Source: a virus
Lineage: Duplodnaviria; Caudoviricetes
Length of the DNA stretch: 45,509 nucleotides
Direction: 5' to 3' (one strand)
IMG/VR virus record: IMGVR_UViG_3300025725_000001
Location: 1 to 45,509 of that record
Shown here: positions 45,183 to 45,509 of the stretch, piece by piece
Layout of the letters: the number at the start of each line of letters is the position of its first letter
Numbering within the stretch: the first letter of the stretch is position 1
Notes under the pieces: generated by a model
The model's input: only the letters and a program-made list of their open reading frames with translations
The model's database searches: none
What the model was told of the DNA's origin: nothing
Program-made: the position numbers and the translations under genes

Positions 45183-45331
45183 GGATTGGCCTTGAGGTAG
45201 GCGATGTGCGACTCAATGAGGCGCGCTCGCTCCTCACTGGCCCGCGTCTGTGCCCGCCACTTGCCTGAGAAGTAACCCAGTGTCCACATGAAGGTGACGC
45301 CGAGTATCTGAAACGTAAGGTCGACCAACAT
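45179..45331 (-). CDS. 50-aa membrane peptide (MLVDLTFQILGVTFMWTLGYF...)
   Basis: GAGGGAG RBS; first gene of the leftward int operon; not in ORF track. Confidence 0.6.
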   Translation of the reverse strand: MLVDLTFQILGVTFMWTLGYFSGKWRAQTRASEERARLIESHIAYLKANP

Positions 45332-45348
45332 TGGAATCTCCCTCTCTC

Positions 45349-45380
45349 AACTACAGCCTAACTGCAGCCTATCGCAGTCT
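45349..45380 (+). promoter_or_regulatory. Tandem putative integrase arm-type sites
   Basis: AACTACAGCCT AACTGCAGCCT ATCGCAGTCT; matches 148-158. Confidence 0.6.
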
Positions 45381-45410
45381 ATCTACAGATACCCACGGAT
45401 ACCCAGCAAG

Positions 45411-45509
45411 CCTCTGACCTGCGGTTATGCCGTTTCTCATGCTCACCAGTCTACCCCATCAGCGGACTTTTAATCCGTAGGTCGTCGGTTCGAGCCCGAC
45501 GGGGCCCAC
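45411..45509 (+). repeat. Terminal direct repeat, right copy (includes attP core)
   Basis: Identical to 1-99. Confidence 0.97.

Overview
The window is a complete, circularly assembled genome (about 45.4 kb unique) of a temperate siphovirus of a high-GC actinobacterial host. Bases 1-99 are repeated exactly at 45411-45509. The contig opens at an attP whose core is the 3' half of tRNA-Lys(UUU). Gene order: repressor/Cro switch; early operon (ParB/DGQHR protein, Xis, Mom-like GNAT, RecE-like exonuclease and partner, two WhiB, DNA methyltransferase, replication initiator with iterons, RuvC-like resolvase); putative late activator; HNH; an AT-rich tract and an L5-like cos candidate; terminase, portal, head and tail genes with a -1 frameshift chaperone; tape measure protein with SLT domain; tail tip and beta-helix spike; amidase endolysin and holin (no LysB seen); a second, post-lysis fibre module; and a leftward operon ending in a tyrosine integrase. 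The most unusual signals are: (1) early mini-genes that copy two C-terminal motifs of the phage's own tape measure protein; (2) a near-consensus DtxR/IdeR/DmdR iron box about 40 bp from the putative cos; (3) structured late-mRNA leaders, namely a hairpin whose loop pairs with the chaperone start codon (plus three shorter decoy copies) and paired CUGGU/CUGGA hairpins at two late genes; (4) a post-lysis module with an 18 x ~20-aa repeat protein that may act as a ruler for a filament. All calls come from reading the sequence and recalling family motifs; no searches were run.
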